Positions 28,267 through 43,356 of a DNA stretch of 64,000 nt are shown here, one piece after another. The stretch covers positions 83,762,001-83,826,000 of the forward strand of contig OX597815.1 in the NCBI GenBank assembly GCA_951406725.2, read 5' to 3'. The first letter of the stretch is position 1, and every line of letters begins with the position of its first letter. The position numbers and the translations under genes were made by a program. The DNA is from Octopus vulgaris (lineage: Eukaryota). The notes below the pieces were generated by a model. It searched no databases. It was not told where the DNA came from and saw only the letters and a list, made by a program, of their open reading frames with translations.

Positions 28267-28429
28267 TTAAAAAAAAAATCCGTAAAAATGTTTTAGCCCG
28301 AAGGCCGCGGCCATGCTGGGGCACCACCGCTGAATGAGCTACACTAGTTTGTGAATCCACCTCTGATACGTGGCACTTGATCAACAAGGGAGTTCGATGC
28401 TGCTGCCCGCATCCGTGTCTCCTGTCGTG

Positions 28430-29220
<791 letters not shown>

Positions 29221-29429
29221 TGTTGAAATAGAAAGATGAATTTTCTTGTTACAGATTATTCAAAAGTTTAACCGATACCTGAGTAGCAAAAATACACGGT
29301 TGGAGATAAGACCATTTGGTGTTGCAACCGTGCGTTGGCGCGGATAATTGAAGTTTAATATTATTAATATTATTATTGAATGGAAGAAATGGAGTTGAAC
29401 GAAGATTGTACAGAATTCCTTTTATTACA

Positions 29430-29509
29430 TTCTACACATGTTTCAAAGGCCACAAATTTCCAAATTCTGATTAAATAAGAGTACCATATTGTGGCTTTCT
29501 CATCAGGAA
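29430..29509 (-). ncRNA. Type I hammerhead ribozyme motif (mirror copy)
   Basis: Reverse complement of 29611-29690. Confidence 0.8.
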
Positions 29510-29610
29510 AAAACAGGAATTCCGTTGACAGAACAAAACAGAACAGAGGCGCAGCAATTCGAACGAGGAGGCTCTGTTCTGTTTTGTTCTGTCAACGGAA
29601 TTCCTGTTTT

Positions 29611-29690
29611 TTCCTGATGAGAAAGCCACAATATGGTACCCTTATTTAATCAGAATTTGGAAATTTGTGGCCTTTGAAACATGTGTAGAA
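29611..29690 (+). ncRNA. Type I hammerhead ribozyme motif, intact core
   Basis: ttc CTGATGA GAAAGCCACAA...TTGTGGCCTTT GAAAC ATGT GTA gaa: 3-bp stem I, ~11-bp stem II, ACAUGU palindrome in stem III, GUA cleavage triplet. Confidence 0.8.
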
Positions 29691-29749
29691 TGTAATAAAA
29701 GGAATTCTGTACAATCTTCGTTCAACTCCATTTCTTCCATTCAATAATA

Positions 29750-30180
<431 letters not shown>

Positions 30181-30414
30181 CACCATTTGATGTATTTAGG
30201 GATTGGACAGAACGTGTTCGGTACACGTATGAGGTTATACCTGATTTAATCAGCTTAACTCTAATTATTACCCTTGTGTGTCTGCTCAATAACATGTCTT
30301 TATGTAAAAATCATATTTCCAATATAACATCCATATATGGACACGCCAATATAGAAGAACTCTAGCTCAACCTATAAAATATGCGTGAATGATTGTACGT
30401 ATACATACATACAT

Positions 30415-30469
<55 letters not shown>

Positions 30470-30751
30470 TGCAAAGTACAGATACTCAAGCACAGTTTAT
30501 ATGTGTGTGTGTATATATATAGGTGTGTGTGTGATAATATACATATGTATATATACATATGTATATATACGTATATATGCATATAGGTAGATAGATATGC
30601 ATGTGTACAAACATGCAAGCATAATTTATAAGTATGTGTATGTGTGCGTGTATATATATATTTTTATATATAGGGAGAGAGAGAGAGGGAGAGAGGGAGA
30701 TAGATAGATAGATAAATGCATATATACGTATATATACATATGTATATATAC

Positions 30752-30791
<40 letters not shown>

Positions 30792-31424
30792 ATGTATATA
30801 TGTGTTTTCGTAAGCATCTCTGTTTGCACGTTCACGTGTCTCGTTCATTTTTCTCTGCTACCCTTTGTGTATGTAATTGAGAAGTCAGCCATAATAGTCG
30901 TGAGATTCCCCAGAGTAAACAGAATCAAACACTAATTTTTGCACTTACATCTAAGATGACAAGAACACAATATTTGTTGATTTTTCCCCTCACCCTTTGT
31001 AATTAGCAATAAAAATTTCCCCCTAAACTAATTATTATCTATATTTAATTTCAAAGTGTTTGAAAACATGAACTAATGTTGTCCATAACATTGGAGATTA
31101 TTATCGAGTTAAGTGAAGTGTATTTGTTGCAACACGTAAAAGTTTCTCCACTCATAATCTAATCACTATACTTAGTTTTTATTCTTGATTCTCTTCAAAG
31201 CTGCTTTTTTAATATGTTTTTCCCATATGTCTTACTCAAGAGGGCTTTGAAAAGAAATCAGAATATCGTAAACCTCCAATCTGTTTTGTCTGTACTGTAT
31301 AAGTATCAGTTGAAATTGTACAAAATATTTTTTACGATGATACAATAATGATTTAGCAGATTTTGTCAATAATCTCCGTAAGTATGTACATAACATCATC
31401 GCTAATAAATATAGGCATCTTAAG

Positions 31425-32473
31425 TTGGCGAGTTGGCAGAAACGTTAGCACGCCGGGCGAAATGCGTAGCCGTATTTCGTCTGCCGTTACGTTCTGAGTT
31501 CAAATTCCGCCGAGGTCGACTTTGCCTTTCATCCTTTTGGGGTTGATAAATTAAGTACCAGTTACACACTGGGGTCGATATAATCAACTAAATGCGTTTG
31601 TCTGTCCTTGTTTGTCCTCTCTGTGTGTAGCCCCTTGTGGGTAGCAAAGAAATTGAAATAGGTATTTCGTCTGTCGCTACGTCCTGAGTTCAAATTACGC
31701 TGAGGTCGACTTTGCCTTTCAACCTTTCGAGGTCGAAAAATTAAGTACCAGTTATGCACTGGAGTCGGTGTAATCGACTTAATCCCTTTGTTTGTTCTTG
31801 TTTATCTCCTCTGTGTTTAGCCCCTTGTGGGAAATAAGGAAACAAGGTGACGAGCTGGGAAAATGTTAGCACGAGCGAAATACTTACCGTCTGCCGTTAC
31901 GTTCTGAGTTCAAATTCCGCCGAGGTCGACTTTGCCTTTCATCCTTTTGGGGTTGATAAATTAAGTACCAGTTACACACTGGGGTCGATATAATCAACTA
32001 AATGCGTTTGTCTGTCCTTGTTTGTCCTCTCTGTGTGTAGCCCCTTGTGGGTAGCAAAGAAATTGAAATAGGTATTTCGTCTGTCGCTACGTCCTGAGTT
32101 CAAATTACGCTGAGGTCGACTTTGCCTTTCAACCTTTCGGGGTCGAAAAATTAAGTACCAGTTATGCACTGGAGTCGGTGTAATCGACTTAATCCCTTTG
32201 TTTGTTCTTGTTTATCTCCTCTGTGTTTAGCCCCTTGTGGGAAATAAGGAAACAAGGTGACGAGCTGGGAGAAATGTTAGCACGCCGGGCGAAATACTTA
32301 GAAATATTCCGTCTGTCTTTAGGTTCTGAGATCAAATTCCGCCGAGGTCGATTTGCCATTCATCCTTTCGAAGTCGATAAATTAAGTATCAGTTGCGTAC
32401 AGGGGGAGCGGTCGATCTACTCGACTGCCCCGCCTCCTCCAAAATTTCGGATCTAGTGCCTATAGTAGAAAAG
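31425..32473 (+). mobile_element. Pentameric array of SINE family A with an internal 410-bp tandem duplication and a flanking TSD
   Basis: Five gagttcaaatt...gtcgactttgcc-type units; identical ORFs at 31562 and 31972; TSD aataaatataggca(t)cttaagt at 31404-31425 and 32474-32494. Confidence 0.9.
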
Positions 32474-33290
32474 AATAAATATAGGCACTTAAGTGAACAA
32501 CAATGGGCTAGTCATTAAGGTGTAATACCGAAGATCGCAAACTTGACGTTTCGAACCCCGGACCGGATGGTACATTGCGTTGTTGAGTAAAACACATAAT
32601 TTCACATTTCACATTACTTTCTAGCACCTCGATAATAGACGTGTGAGACACCATGGACCTATACAGGCCACGTCGATTCGATGAAGTGAGTTCAAGTATG
32701 GTGCAAAAATTTCATTATAAATCAATGAACTGCACAGGTTGTTCAGCAAGAAAATGTGGAATCGTCTTTCTCAGATTTCATAGATGTCATAAAGCATATA
32801 TATGTACATACGAAACTACATATGTTTCATAGCTAGCAGAACCTCAAAAGTAGGAATCACCCAAACGAGGGTGTGTGTGTGTGATTAACAACGGCTGATG
32901 TGGTATTGATACCAAAGTGTAACATTTTCCCCGATTTAAAAGTGGATATTGTGCTACAATGCAAAATACTGCGTTATTTACGATGAGAGAAACTCATATG
33001 AATCTGTGGTGCACATAAGCACGCGTGATTATATGGCTAATGGGAAATAATAGTCCACTACCGCCACCGGAACAACCATATATAGTTTGTAAAAGCGTGT
33101 TTACGTGCGCCAGACCACGTATATTTGGGCGTCTGTACATCCATATCATCTTCTAACGATTATATGTAATAATTTTTTCGGTGTATTGTGTATTTGTTTC
33201 TTTTGGTATCTGATATTTGTTATTGGTCTGCTATAAGAATGAAATTTGCTATTTCTATCAACGAAGATGGCATGAAATAAAGAATTGTGC

Positions 33291-33939
33291 GGGATCTTTT
33301 CCATTTCAACGGCAGATCGAGAAATTAATTTTTGTAACTAAACACTTTCAAACTTCGGACACTGGCAGAATGTATCATATAAAATATCTTTTACTCTTAG
33401 TTTTGTTGAAAAAAGTTTCTATTTTTAAAGTTATTTCGTGTTAAAGTTGTCGTATTTCGGTAATTTCAACCAATCAACGACGTGTATTCAACTGAATAAA
33501 ATTACTGCTGTTGCTTGTCAACAACAACTTCCGGCGGTGCATATTTCGTTTGTCACTGTTATTTATGACTTATTTCGTCCCATTTAAGTTCGGATGAATA
33601 AACGAGTGTATCTGAAGTATGTTTACTTCATGTCACCACCAAAATCATTCGTGCATTTCTACTGCTTTTAGTTTTTTTTCTTTTTTCCTGTTTTTCAGCT
33701 ACTATTTTCGGAAACCCTAACTATAATCCTAAAACCTTAACCCTAATCCTAACACTCTCACCCTAACCCTAAAACCCCAAAGCTAAAACCAGTACAAACG
33801 CACGAACGATGTCATAAATAACATTGGCAAACGAAATATACACCGCCGGACAGTTTTTGCTAGCAAAAACTGTCCGATGAACGGCAACGGGAAACTCAGA
33901 GTAACAGGTTTTGTTGAATTTTCTGCTGCTTTAAATAAA

Positions 33940-33940
<1 letters not shown>
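33291..33940 (+). mobile_element. Non-autonomous DNA-transposon-like element with internal inverted repeats, telomere-like (CCCTAA) units and a 30-bp palindrome
   Basis: IR at 33531-33569 and 33811-33849; degenerate CCCTAA at 33713-33780; palindrome at 33847-33876. Outer boundaries are approximate. Confidence 0.6.
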
Positions 33941-33979
<39 letters not shown>

Positions 33980-33981
<2 letters not shown>

Positions 33982-34235
33982 GTGTTCTTGAGCAAGGCAC
34001 TTTATTTCACGTTGCTCCAGTTCACTCAGCTGTAGAAATGAGTTGCGACGTCACTGGTGCCAAGCTGTATCGACCTTTGTCTTTCCCTTGGATAACACTG
34101 GTGGCGTGGAGATGGGAGGCTGGTATGCATGAGCGACTGCTGGTCTTCCATAAACAACCTCGTCCGGACTTGTGTCTAGGCGGGTAACTTTCTAGGTGCA
34201 ATCCCATGGTCTGTGTCGTGACCGAAGGGGGTCTC
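33980..34235 (+). mobile_element. CORE-type SINE family B, 5'-truncated
   Basis: Near-identical to 8065-8315. Confidence 0.9.
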
Positions 34236-34243
34236 CGAGTCTC

Positions 34244-34304
<61 letters not shown>

Positions 34305-34317
34305 TATATATATATAC

Positions 34318-34470
34318 AGTTCAAAAGTGTACAAAAAACAAACAATAACAGGAAGATAGATGAGGGGCCAATAAAGTGTATTAGTTTGACGCTCAGAGAA
34401 AATGGAAAAGTCTTAGGCGCTTTGAATCTGCATTCTCTACAGAAAGGAGTGAGGAGAGAAAACAGACGGA
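34318..34470 (-). mobile_element. Diverged PLE pLTR (family of 2021/3612) with a hammerhead remnant
   Basis: gtgtattagtttgacgctcag; the reverse strand reads ccttt CTGTAGA GAAT gcag ATTC aaagcg. Confidence 0.6.
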
Positions 34471-35294
34471 TTAATTTTAAAAAATAAAAACTGGGAGAAA
34501 AAAATGTATCTGGATTAAGCTTTGCATACATCGAAATTATAGGCACAGAATTTATGTATATATATATATATATGCATGTATCTATGTATGTGTATATGGC
34601 ATAACATCGTGGCTCAACTATAGGTTTTAACTTACATTAAGGCATAGAATTAAACACAGAGTCTTTATAAGCATAGATATTTGCTATATTACTCAGCCCA
34701 AAGCTATAAAGTGTTCTACTAGACCTTGGAAATATTCTATTGCAGACAAATATAACCAAAATTATATTACATATATTTGCTATCTACAAGAAAAAAATCA
34801 TGTTTCATTCCCTTTCACAATATTTGAATATTCGTCCAATGAATTAATATATTCTATATCAATATCTCTAGCCATAAAACGTTAAGTTATTGAAATAATA
34901 GGCATGTCACAGTACAATACAAGTACACTCTATAACCATCCGCCAGTAACATGAGCAATGCTTTGCTGTTTTACGTGTCTCTGTGGTTTAGAGCAAACAC
35001 AGACAACTTCTTGGCTCGCTTGTTCGTGACCCTGTCGAACGCCAAGAAACTAGTAGAAAATGGCTGCACTAGTAACTGGGTGGTACACATTACAGCTGGC
35101 TTTAGAAAAGCTACGTAAAATAAAATGTTTTGCCCTTACAACGCAGACCCGCTGCTAGGTCAGGAACCGAACCAATGTTCTTGTAATCATGAGCCGAACA
35201 CCTTCTGGTGTTACTGTAGAAATATCGTTGGTAAAGGTAAAACAAAACAATACACAAATTTAAAAATACATGGTTCATTATATTTGAACTATAT

Positions 35295-35522
35295 ATATTT
35301 CTTTACTATCCACAGGGCTAAACACAAAGGGGACAAACAAGGACAGGCAAATGGATTAAGTCGATTACACGACCCCAATGCGTAACTGGTACTTAATTTA
35401 CCGACCCCGAAAAGATGAAAGGCAAAGTCGACCTCGACGGAATTTGAACTCGGAACGTAACGACAGACGAAATACAACTACGCATTTCGCCCGGCGTGCT
35501 AACGTTTCTGCCAGCTCGCCGC
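35295..35522 (-). mobile_element. SINE family A
   Basis: Reverse-complement match to the family consensus seen elsewhere in the window. Confidence 0.9.
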
Positions 35523-38500
35523 TTTTTATATTTGGACGATATAACCAAACATTATTTCGATTATGTGACACCTAGATAAGGAATTGCATGGAATTTAGTA
35601 ACAAGAATATACACGCTTGTATTGTCTACGAAGTCCAAGAACGATTTTAGAAAACACACTATGTCATGTAATTTAGTGCTTATACTTTCTTTGCACAGCT
35701 GTTGTTTATGTTGTTTAATCCAAGGGCAATTCTTACTGAGCTTTACTTATGAAATGAGTTCTAGCCCTTGTGTTCGTACCTATTAACATATCACAGACAA
35801 CAATATCGGATGCATCTTTCTTTATCTGACATTGAAGAAGGAAATAGCCACCTGACATATAGGGGAAATCTTGCGATTTGCATCAGGTTAATTGAATGCA
35901 AAAGCCTAGCACTTTGGTTTGTTGGTTTCTATAACTATGCGTAAGAGTTATAGTAAATCCTCTTTACTACTTATAACGGAAAAGAAACTTCAAATCCTAG
36001 ATTCAGCGTAGTTGAGGTACTATAGAACTGTGTGCATCACATTTCTCTGCAATTCATTTCAAGATTTGAAACAAGCACTGCAAAGTAACGAGACATTTGC
36101 CATTATTAAATTACTGTTGTTTTAAGTTACACGTTGTTTCAAGTTTGTTGTGATTATTTTCAGACAGTGGGCCCGTGTTATTTGAGTGTTATCTTAATCA
36201 CAGACTCAATGGAAATCCGATGCACAAGGTACACACCACTACACCTGGTGATTTGTTGCTAAGAGATATAAGAAGAGAAAATCGCAAATAAAATCTGTAG
36301 AGTATAGTCTATTGTTTGTAATTGGCCAAGTATTTCCAAAAGTCATTTCCCAAGAGCTGCGTTAATTCAACAACACATTAAAATATACAGTTTAGGAATA
36401 CAATGATTCGCCCAATTTGATTTGAAGTATTCTTTTATGAGCTAGTAATTTAATAGCTATCCATTTGGTCATTGTACTTGCAAATTTAATTGTAAATAGA
36501 TTCGCCGTAATTTTAACTTTCCTGGTATTATAAATGTTACGACTTGAAATGCTGAGCTTTTAGATATCCACACATACTGAAATCCGATGTGCATTTATCA
36601 CATTGAAACAAAATCAGTTTTTTAATTATCCGTCGCGCTTTGGTCTGGAAGGAATGAAATTCAAGTTGAAGACGTAAAAATTTGGAAGAGAAAACCCAAA
36701 TAACCTCGATATTTAATCTGGTGCTTGAGTTTTCCGACCACAATGCCTCACAATTTTTCTCACATTCACTCTCTTTCTATATATCTATAGTTTTATGGTA
36801 ATCTAAATTTCTGACCTTTAAATTTGTTTCGAAGGAATGAAATTCAAGTAAAAGACTGACTGTAAAATAGACTCCCTTTTATTTTGTTGCAACATAGAGC
36901 TAACAAAAACAATAATGATATCAATTAATTAGGAAACATAAAATCTGGAGCGCAAGGAAACTTTTGTTGAACTGAGTCGGTGAGGAAAAACCAAATTCTG
37001 ACATAAACTAATAAGTGTGATATATAAAGTCAGCGGTTGCTATCGAGTAGACGAAGAAATTATGAGGACTAAACATTCATGTAATTGAATGACATTTTTT
37101 TATCTTCTACAATCTTAGTATGTAAAATCTAAACTTACACTTACGAAATACTTGTTGCTGAGATGGTTGATCCCAGAATCTTCTGGCATTGACTTGTTTC
37201 TCTCTAATATCGGAATTGTAAGAAACTGGTCAATATAACTATGAAATATTGAATGAAACCACATATAATATCAAAGTAAGTTTGAAAGTGGACTGAGGCA
37301 ACCACCCTAAATGATGAAGTTTGGTTCACGAAATAGAAATCACCTGAAGGATCGATCCCCATGCAAATCTTTCCATGTCAAATATATTACAATTGCACGA
37401 GTTGATATTTTACTATTCGTATTACTTATATACAATTGGCTGTATAGACATTATGCTGACATGATAATAATGAAGCCGACAGCCTGTCCAAGACTTGATT
37501 TGGCAATACACACATTTGTGTATCGTTACTTCTATCGTAGTGTGTAGTGTGGTTGTGATACAGATCCTAATCACATAATTCAACTTTCTAATTACTAGAA
37601 GTACTGAAAGAGTAAACAGAAAATACCGAAAACTGAACTTACAGGGTTTGTAGATGTGGAATAGACATTCCAATAAATCCAAGACAATAATCTATATACG
37701 AAGACAAAATGTTCAGTGGTACATAAAAGAGTTACTCTACTGAATAAACTCTAAATATCGCTAATATATATAATGGGACTCTCTTCTAGTTGGCACGCTT
37801 TGGGACCATAATTCGAACTCAGTGTTCGGTGATGTATCGATTTAGCCCTGTGTGATACTGTACAATATGGAACAATATTGATTTCTTTTATAAATTATGC
37901 ACTCACCATTCCATGTGTAGAGGAATGCAAATGTATGTTGTGACGTTCATGACAACAAACGACAAATGTCTCTATAGTCAGCCAGCTGCAATTCAGATAA
38001 AATCAATAGCCATAATATAAAGCAAAGTTATTCATTCCATGAGTAATTTCCATGAACAAGATATTGCCATTATACGTTGTCAAATGGAAAAGAACAGCAA
38101 CAATATAATAATAGAGTAAAGAACAAAAACAAGCGAATACAAATAATAAAATAACAATTATTATCATTACCATACAACTATTGTTGTTGTTGAAAATTTA
38201 TTACAATGGCCCAAGTCTATAACTGCTATAGTGCACATGGGGGAGAGAACTGACTCATCTGCAGACTATAACTGATAAAAAAATAATCCTGTCAAAATGG
38301 GGGAGTGAAAAGCAACGTTGACCGCGCAGAGACTATTACTAGACAGAAAAAATATAGATTTAAGTAATAAAGCATTGCATTTTGACCTGACATTTTGCAG
38401 ATTAGCTCACCCAATATTTTGATTAACGAATATCGTATATATTGTAACTCGACATGCCAGAAATAGCAGATAAACCACGCACAGGTGTTGGAGAACAGGA

Positions 38501-38600
38501 AGAACACATTGAATATATTTGTGTGAAACAGATGGGATGACTGCGTCTGACTGGAATAACCTGCACGATATGTTAAACACCTATATTATCTTGGGAGTCT

Positions 38601-38805
38601 GGCAGAAACGTTTGCATGCCGGGCGAAATGCGTAGCCGTATTTCGTCTGCCGTTACGTTCTGAGTTCAAATTCCGCTGAGGTCGACTTTGCCTTTCATTC
38701 TTTCGGGGTCGATAAATTAAGTACCAGTTACGCACTGGGGTCGATATAATCGACTTAATACTTTGTCCCCTCTATGTTTAGCCCCTTGTGGGTAATAAAG
38801 AAAAA
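38601..38805 (+). mobile_element. SINE family A with a 19-bp TSD
   Basis: tatattatcttgggagtct at 38582-38600 and 38806-38824. Confidence 0.92.
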
Positions 38806-39087
38806 TATATTATCTTGGGAGTCTAATACTGGCACAAATCCGTACATGTATTGAAATAATAGATTTTTATCATTGTATCAGGATTTGGGAATACCTGTGC
38901 AAATTTTGTGAAAGATGTAGATATCATACTAATACACGAACATAAAGAACGCGATTAAATATTTTGCAAAGTAGTAACTCCTAGATTCTACTGCAGTATC
39001 AAACTGATAAAAGCTACTTTTATTTTTCTATTGAACTACCAAATAAATTATAGCTGCTATTATTTCTTCTTAATTACTTTTCTATGG

Positions 39088-39295
39088 CAAGGCAGTGAGC
39101 TGACACAATCGTTAGCATGCCGGACAAAATGATTTGTGTCACTTCGTTCGTATTTATGTTCTGAGCTCAAATTCCGTCGAGGTCGACTTTACATTTCACC
39201 CTTTAGGGCCAGATGAAATAAGTACCAGTTAAGCAGTTGGGTTGATGTAATCCTCCAGAATTTCAGACCATGTACCTATAGTAGAGAGAAATAAT
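39088..39295 (+). mobile_element. SINE family A, diverged
   Basis: ggcagtgagctgacacaatcgttagc...gaggtcgacttt...agtaccagtt. Confidence 0.8.
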
Positions 39296-39684
39296 TAGTT
39301 TTCTGTGAAATGTAATTTTCATTACCCTTCACTATATTTACAGTAATGATGTCTAACATAAATATAAAACGCCGCACTTTTCTGGGGCCAACTGTCCGCT
39401 AACACGACTCCTTAAAATTAACTGGCAGTAATTTTATACATCCTGGAAGAATGAAATTTGAAGTTGCCCTCAGTGGAGTTTGCGTTGAGTACGTAAGGAC
39501 CCACACCCAAATCACGTAGAGCATTTTCGTGCGGTACTCTATCGATTCTGCCGCGCACCATATATTATTCTTTGAGTCATAATATATGAGTATCGTATGA
39601 CCAAGAGTTATTTAGGAGTGAGGTGAAACTTGACTGAACTTAGCTTCTTCTTTACATTGGTAATCTATTTTATCGATGTCACAA

Positions 39685-40263
39685 AGTAGCGAGCTGGCAG
39701 AAACGTTAGTACGCCGGGCGAAATGCGTAGCCGTAGTTCGTCTGCCGTTACGTTCTGAGATCAAATTCCACCGAGGTTGACTTTGCTTTCCATCCTTTCG
39801 GGGCCGATAAATTAAGTACTAGTAACGTACTGAGGTCGATGTAATCGACTTAATCCCTTTGTCTCTCCTTGTTTGTCTCCTCTGTGTTTAGCGCCGTGTG
39901 GGTAGTAAAGAAACAGGTATTTCGGCTACCGCTACGTTCTGAGTTCAAATTCCGCCGAGGTCGACTTTGCCTTTCATCCGTTCGGGGTCAATAAATAAGT
40001 ACCAGTTACGCACTAGGGTCGATATAAACGACTTAATCCGTTAGTATGTCCTTGTTTGTCCTCTCTGTGTGTAGCCCCTTGTGGGCAGTAAAGAAATAGG
40101 TATTTCATCTGTACTTACGTTCTGAGTTCAAATTCTGCCAAAGTCGACTTTGCCTTTCATCCTTTTGGGGTTGATATACTAAGTACCAGTTGCGTTTTGG
40201 GGTCGATCTAATTGACTGACTCTTTCCCCTAACATTTCGGGCCTTGTACCTAGAGTAGAAAAG
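39685..40263 (+). mobile_element. Trimeric SINE family A with an 18-bp TSD, nested in an older antisense copy
   Basis: TSD attttatcgatg(t/c)cacaa at 39667-39684 and 40264-40281; three tandem units. Confidence 0.9.
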
Positions 40264-41385
40264 ATTTTATCGATGCCACAACATTGAAAGTTAAAATCGA
40301 CTTCAGCAAGATTTGAAATTATATAATTAAATAGTGTCAGATATTTTGTCACCACTCTTCCGATTCTCTCCTACTAAGCTCAGTATTATTCTTATCGAAA
40401 TGACTACTAACATACTAAGTCTCCCATTTTCAGGAAGAGAAGTATTGCGTTCGAATCAGCTGTATTATTTTGGTGAAATTAATTTTATCGAAACTGAAAT
40501 GATGACAAGAATATTCGTATGCGGTCGGATTTGAACATAAAGAGCTAGAACGAACTCTCTCAAGGCATTTCATAGTGATATTCTGCCAGAACCGCCATCT
40601 ACTCAATTATCATTATAATGATGATAATTGTAAAATATAATAGCAAGTTCAATAGCGGAGAAAGAGAAAATAACAATGATTATTGTTATCGTAATAGAAG
40701 CATTTCTTTTGATGTATTGTGTACTGAATAAATACGATTTCATACATATACGTTAGTTAGAGTGTGGAGGTGGGTAGGTATTTTTGTTAGTATATGTGGC
40801 TTTATGGCAGATTTTGTACATAAGCAAGTATTATATGAGTTTGAAAATATAAATCGTGTTATGCATGATAGGCACATACACATATAATATCTCATTTAAT
40901 TTCTCCTACAGTTTCTACTCTACGAAAACACACAAATATCATGCATGTAAATTAATGCAACTGTCAGTTTCTTTATATGCATATGTAAAAGTATTTATAT
41001 ATATATATATATACATGAAACTGTACATATACAGTGTATTTGATGTCGCCTCCATTCTATGCTGCAAGCTCTGTCGTCCACCACATATATTACCAACCCT
41101 GGGCCAGACACTTCTTGTCCTACACACATTCGACCAAAACATCGCATTAAGATTCCAGGTCACCCTTTAATTTTACTTCAGTTTACCCTTTAAATATATC
41201 CTTATGTCCATTTTCACAAACTTCTCTTTGTTTCTCAATGCATACATTTCAGTTTCAAGTTGTTTTTTTTTTCAAATGTTTTCATGGTCTCAACATAAGC
41301 CGTTCCAAATTTGTCTCTATCTCTTTCTTTCATCATTTGTCATTTATATCTTTTCGAACGTATCGTTTACAATAGTTCGGTTCAG

Positions 41386-41427
<42 letters not shown>

Positions 41428-42201
41428 TCAGATGGATGAGTTGTAGAGTGTGCATGTAGAACGTGCAACATGTAATGTGGTACGACATATTTCATGATAA
41501 GATTGTCAGTGGCTAAATCGTCTCTCTCACTAGGCTTGCCTGGTGACTATGACTGCTGGAAACAAAGCGCACCAAATTTAACACTGTCAAAAGAATATAA
41601 GTTCTCAATATAGTGTAAAAGTCTATAGCGCACTAATAACGAGACAGAAATTCCGAGTTACTATTCGAGTTGCTGATAGTGAGACACACCTTAATTCTAT
41701 AGGAAAAGGCGATATCGCATCCACAGCTAAAATAAATAAATGGGTGGTCGTGGCGCTGCATCCATGGAAGGTAGGAAGACAAAGGGAGAATACAGCGTCA
41801 TTACGAGTACAAGGAGACCAAATTTTCCAATTTTGTAAGTTTCACTATACAATTTCAATTTCCTGTAAGTCATATTTCAATATCAGCATATAGGTTCCAT
41901 TAAACTTGAACTAGAAGCCATTCCCTTAAAATATAATTGACTGCTTAGAAAAGATATCTCTGAGCCTGGAAGGTGACGTGATAATTACGGCTACGATGCT
42001 TTTTATCATGCTTCCTGGTGATATTCTAGTTATAACAAACAGCCATAGAAAGGCAACACTTTTTTCTGTGCAACCAATGGATATACTGTAAATATGAACC
42101 AAATTGCCATCGAAGTACAGCTTGTGAAAAAGAGAGCGCATAGTGAACAAGGTATTTTATGATACACATGGTAAGATTCTCACGGCAAAAACGTGTCATA
42201 C

Positions 42202-42259
42202 CAAATATTTGATGGTGTAGGATTAAGCTGAATACAAACAATAACAACTGACAAAACAT
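42202..42259 (-). CDS. Candidate signal-peptide exon (MFCQLLLFVFSLILHHQIF)
   Basis: Strong acceptor tttgtttctctcttgcAG at 42276-42277, short UTR, ATG, 19 mostly hydrophobic codons and phase-1 donor G|GTATGA. Confidence 0.25.
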
Positions 42260-42727
42260 CTACGTTTTCTTCGACCTGCAAGAGAGAAACAAATGCTCAA
42301 AAAGTTCACATTTGCTATTTTTAAAAAAAAGAATGACTTCTTAAAGAATACAGCCTTTCCAGAGCTACTCTCATATCTCAGAGAGAGGCTTGATACAAAC
42401 TAAAAAACTAACGCGGAGCACACAGATGTTTGTTTTGCTTTTTGTGATGGTTACTGCTTGTGTGCGTTAACTCTGTACAGTTCAATTGATTTAGAGATTG
42501 CAAAACAGTTCGCACAGCTTTCAATGTGTGTCTTCCTGTTCGCACTAGATATTTAATTTAATGGGAGTTGGCAAAAGATCAGTGAGTATACACCGGAGGA
42601 GCAAGAGTTTCCTTTGATTTGCATTCGGATATATACATATATATTGATATACACATGCACAAACACACACAAGCATACATACCTTGTATGATGTATGTAT
42701 CTATCAATCTATATCTAACTATCTAAC

Positions 42728-42765
<38 letters not shown>

Positions 42766-43289
42766 GTACCTACATACATACACATATACATACAAACATA
42801 CATACATTCATATACACAAGTACAAATATATGTATAGACAGATAAATATAAATAGATACAGATATATGCATAAAGAAATAGGCAAGCTTGCGTATGCATA
42901 TGTGTGTGTGTGTTTGTATGTGTATGTATATATTCACACATACATGTATACATGCAGGCATTCAAATATATACATGTATTTGAATGCACAAATGCATGTG
43001 TATAGCTGTATACATACACAAATGCAAGTGTATACGTGTATGAAATATAATTATGTACACATGCACATGCATAAGCACATATCGAGCAATATTTACATAC
43101 AGCTACATACCTCTAAGTGCCATTGAAAACGTGTTTGGGAATAGGATCTGTGGTAGTATTTAAATAATATCATTATCCATTCATTATAGTTATCCTATTT
43201 TTGAAGTTATCTATTTATTTAATCAGTCGTTTGTTCGCTTCTTTATGTCATTATTTATTGTTAACACACAAACGTAATTATTATTAAAG

Positions 43290-43356
<67 letters not shown>

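Noticed and set aside
31425-32473. Regularly repeated units suggestive of a CRISPR array or tandem gene
   Set aside because: The units are ~200-bp SINE monomers with no unique spacers, in a eukaryotic context with no cas genes.
37145-37238. Candidate minus-strand exon (YIDQFLTIPILERNKSMPEDSGINHLSNKYF, donor GTAAGT)
   Set aside because: Acceptor and frame are ambiguous and no homology was recognised; it is within chance expectation.
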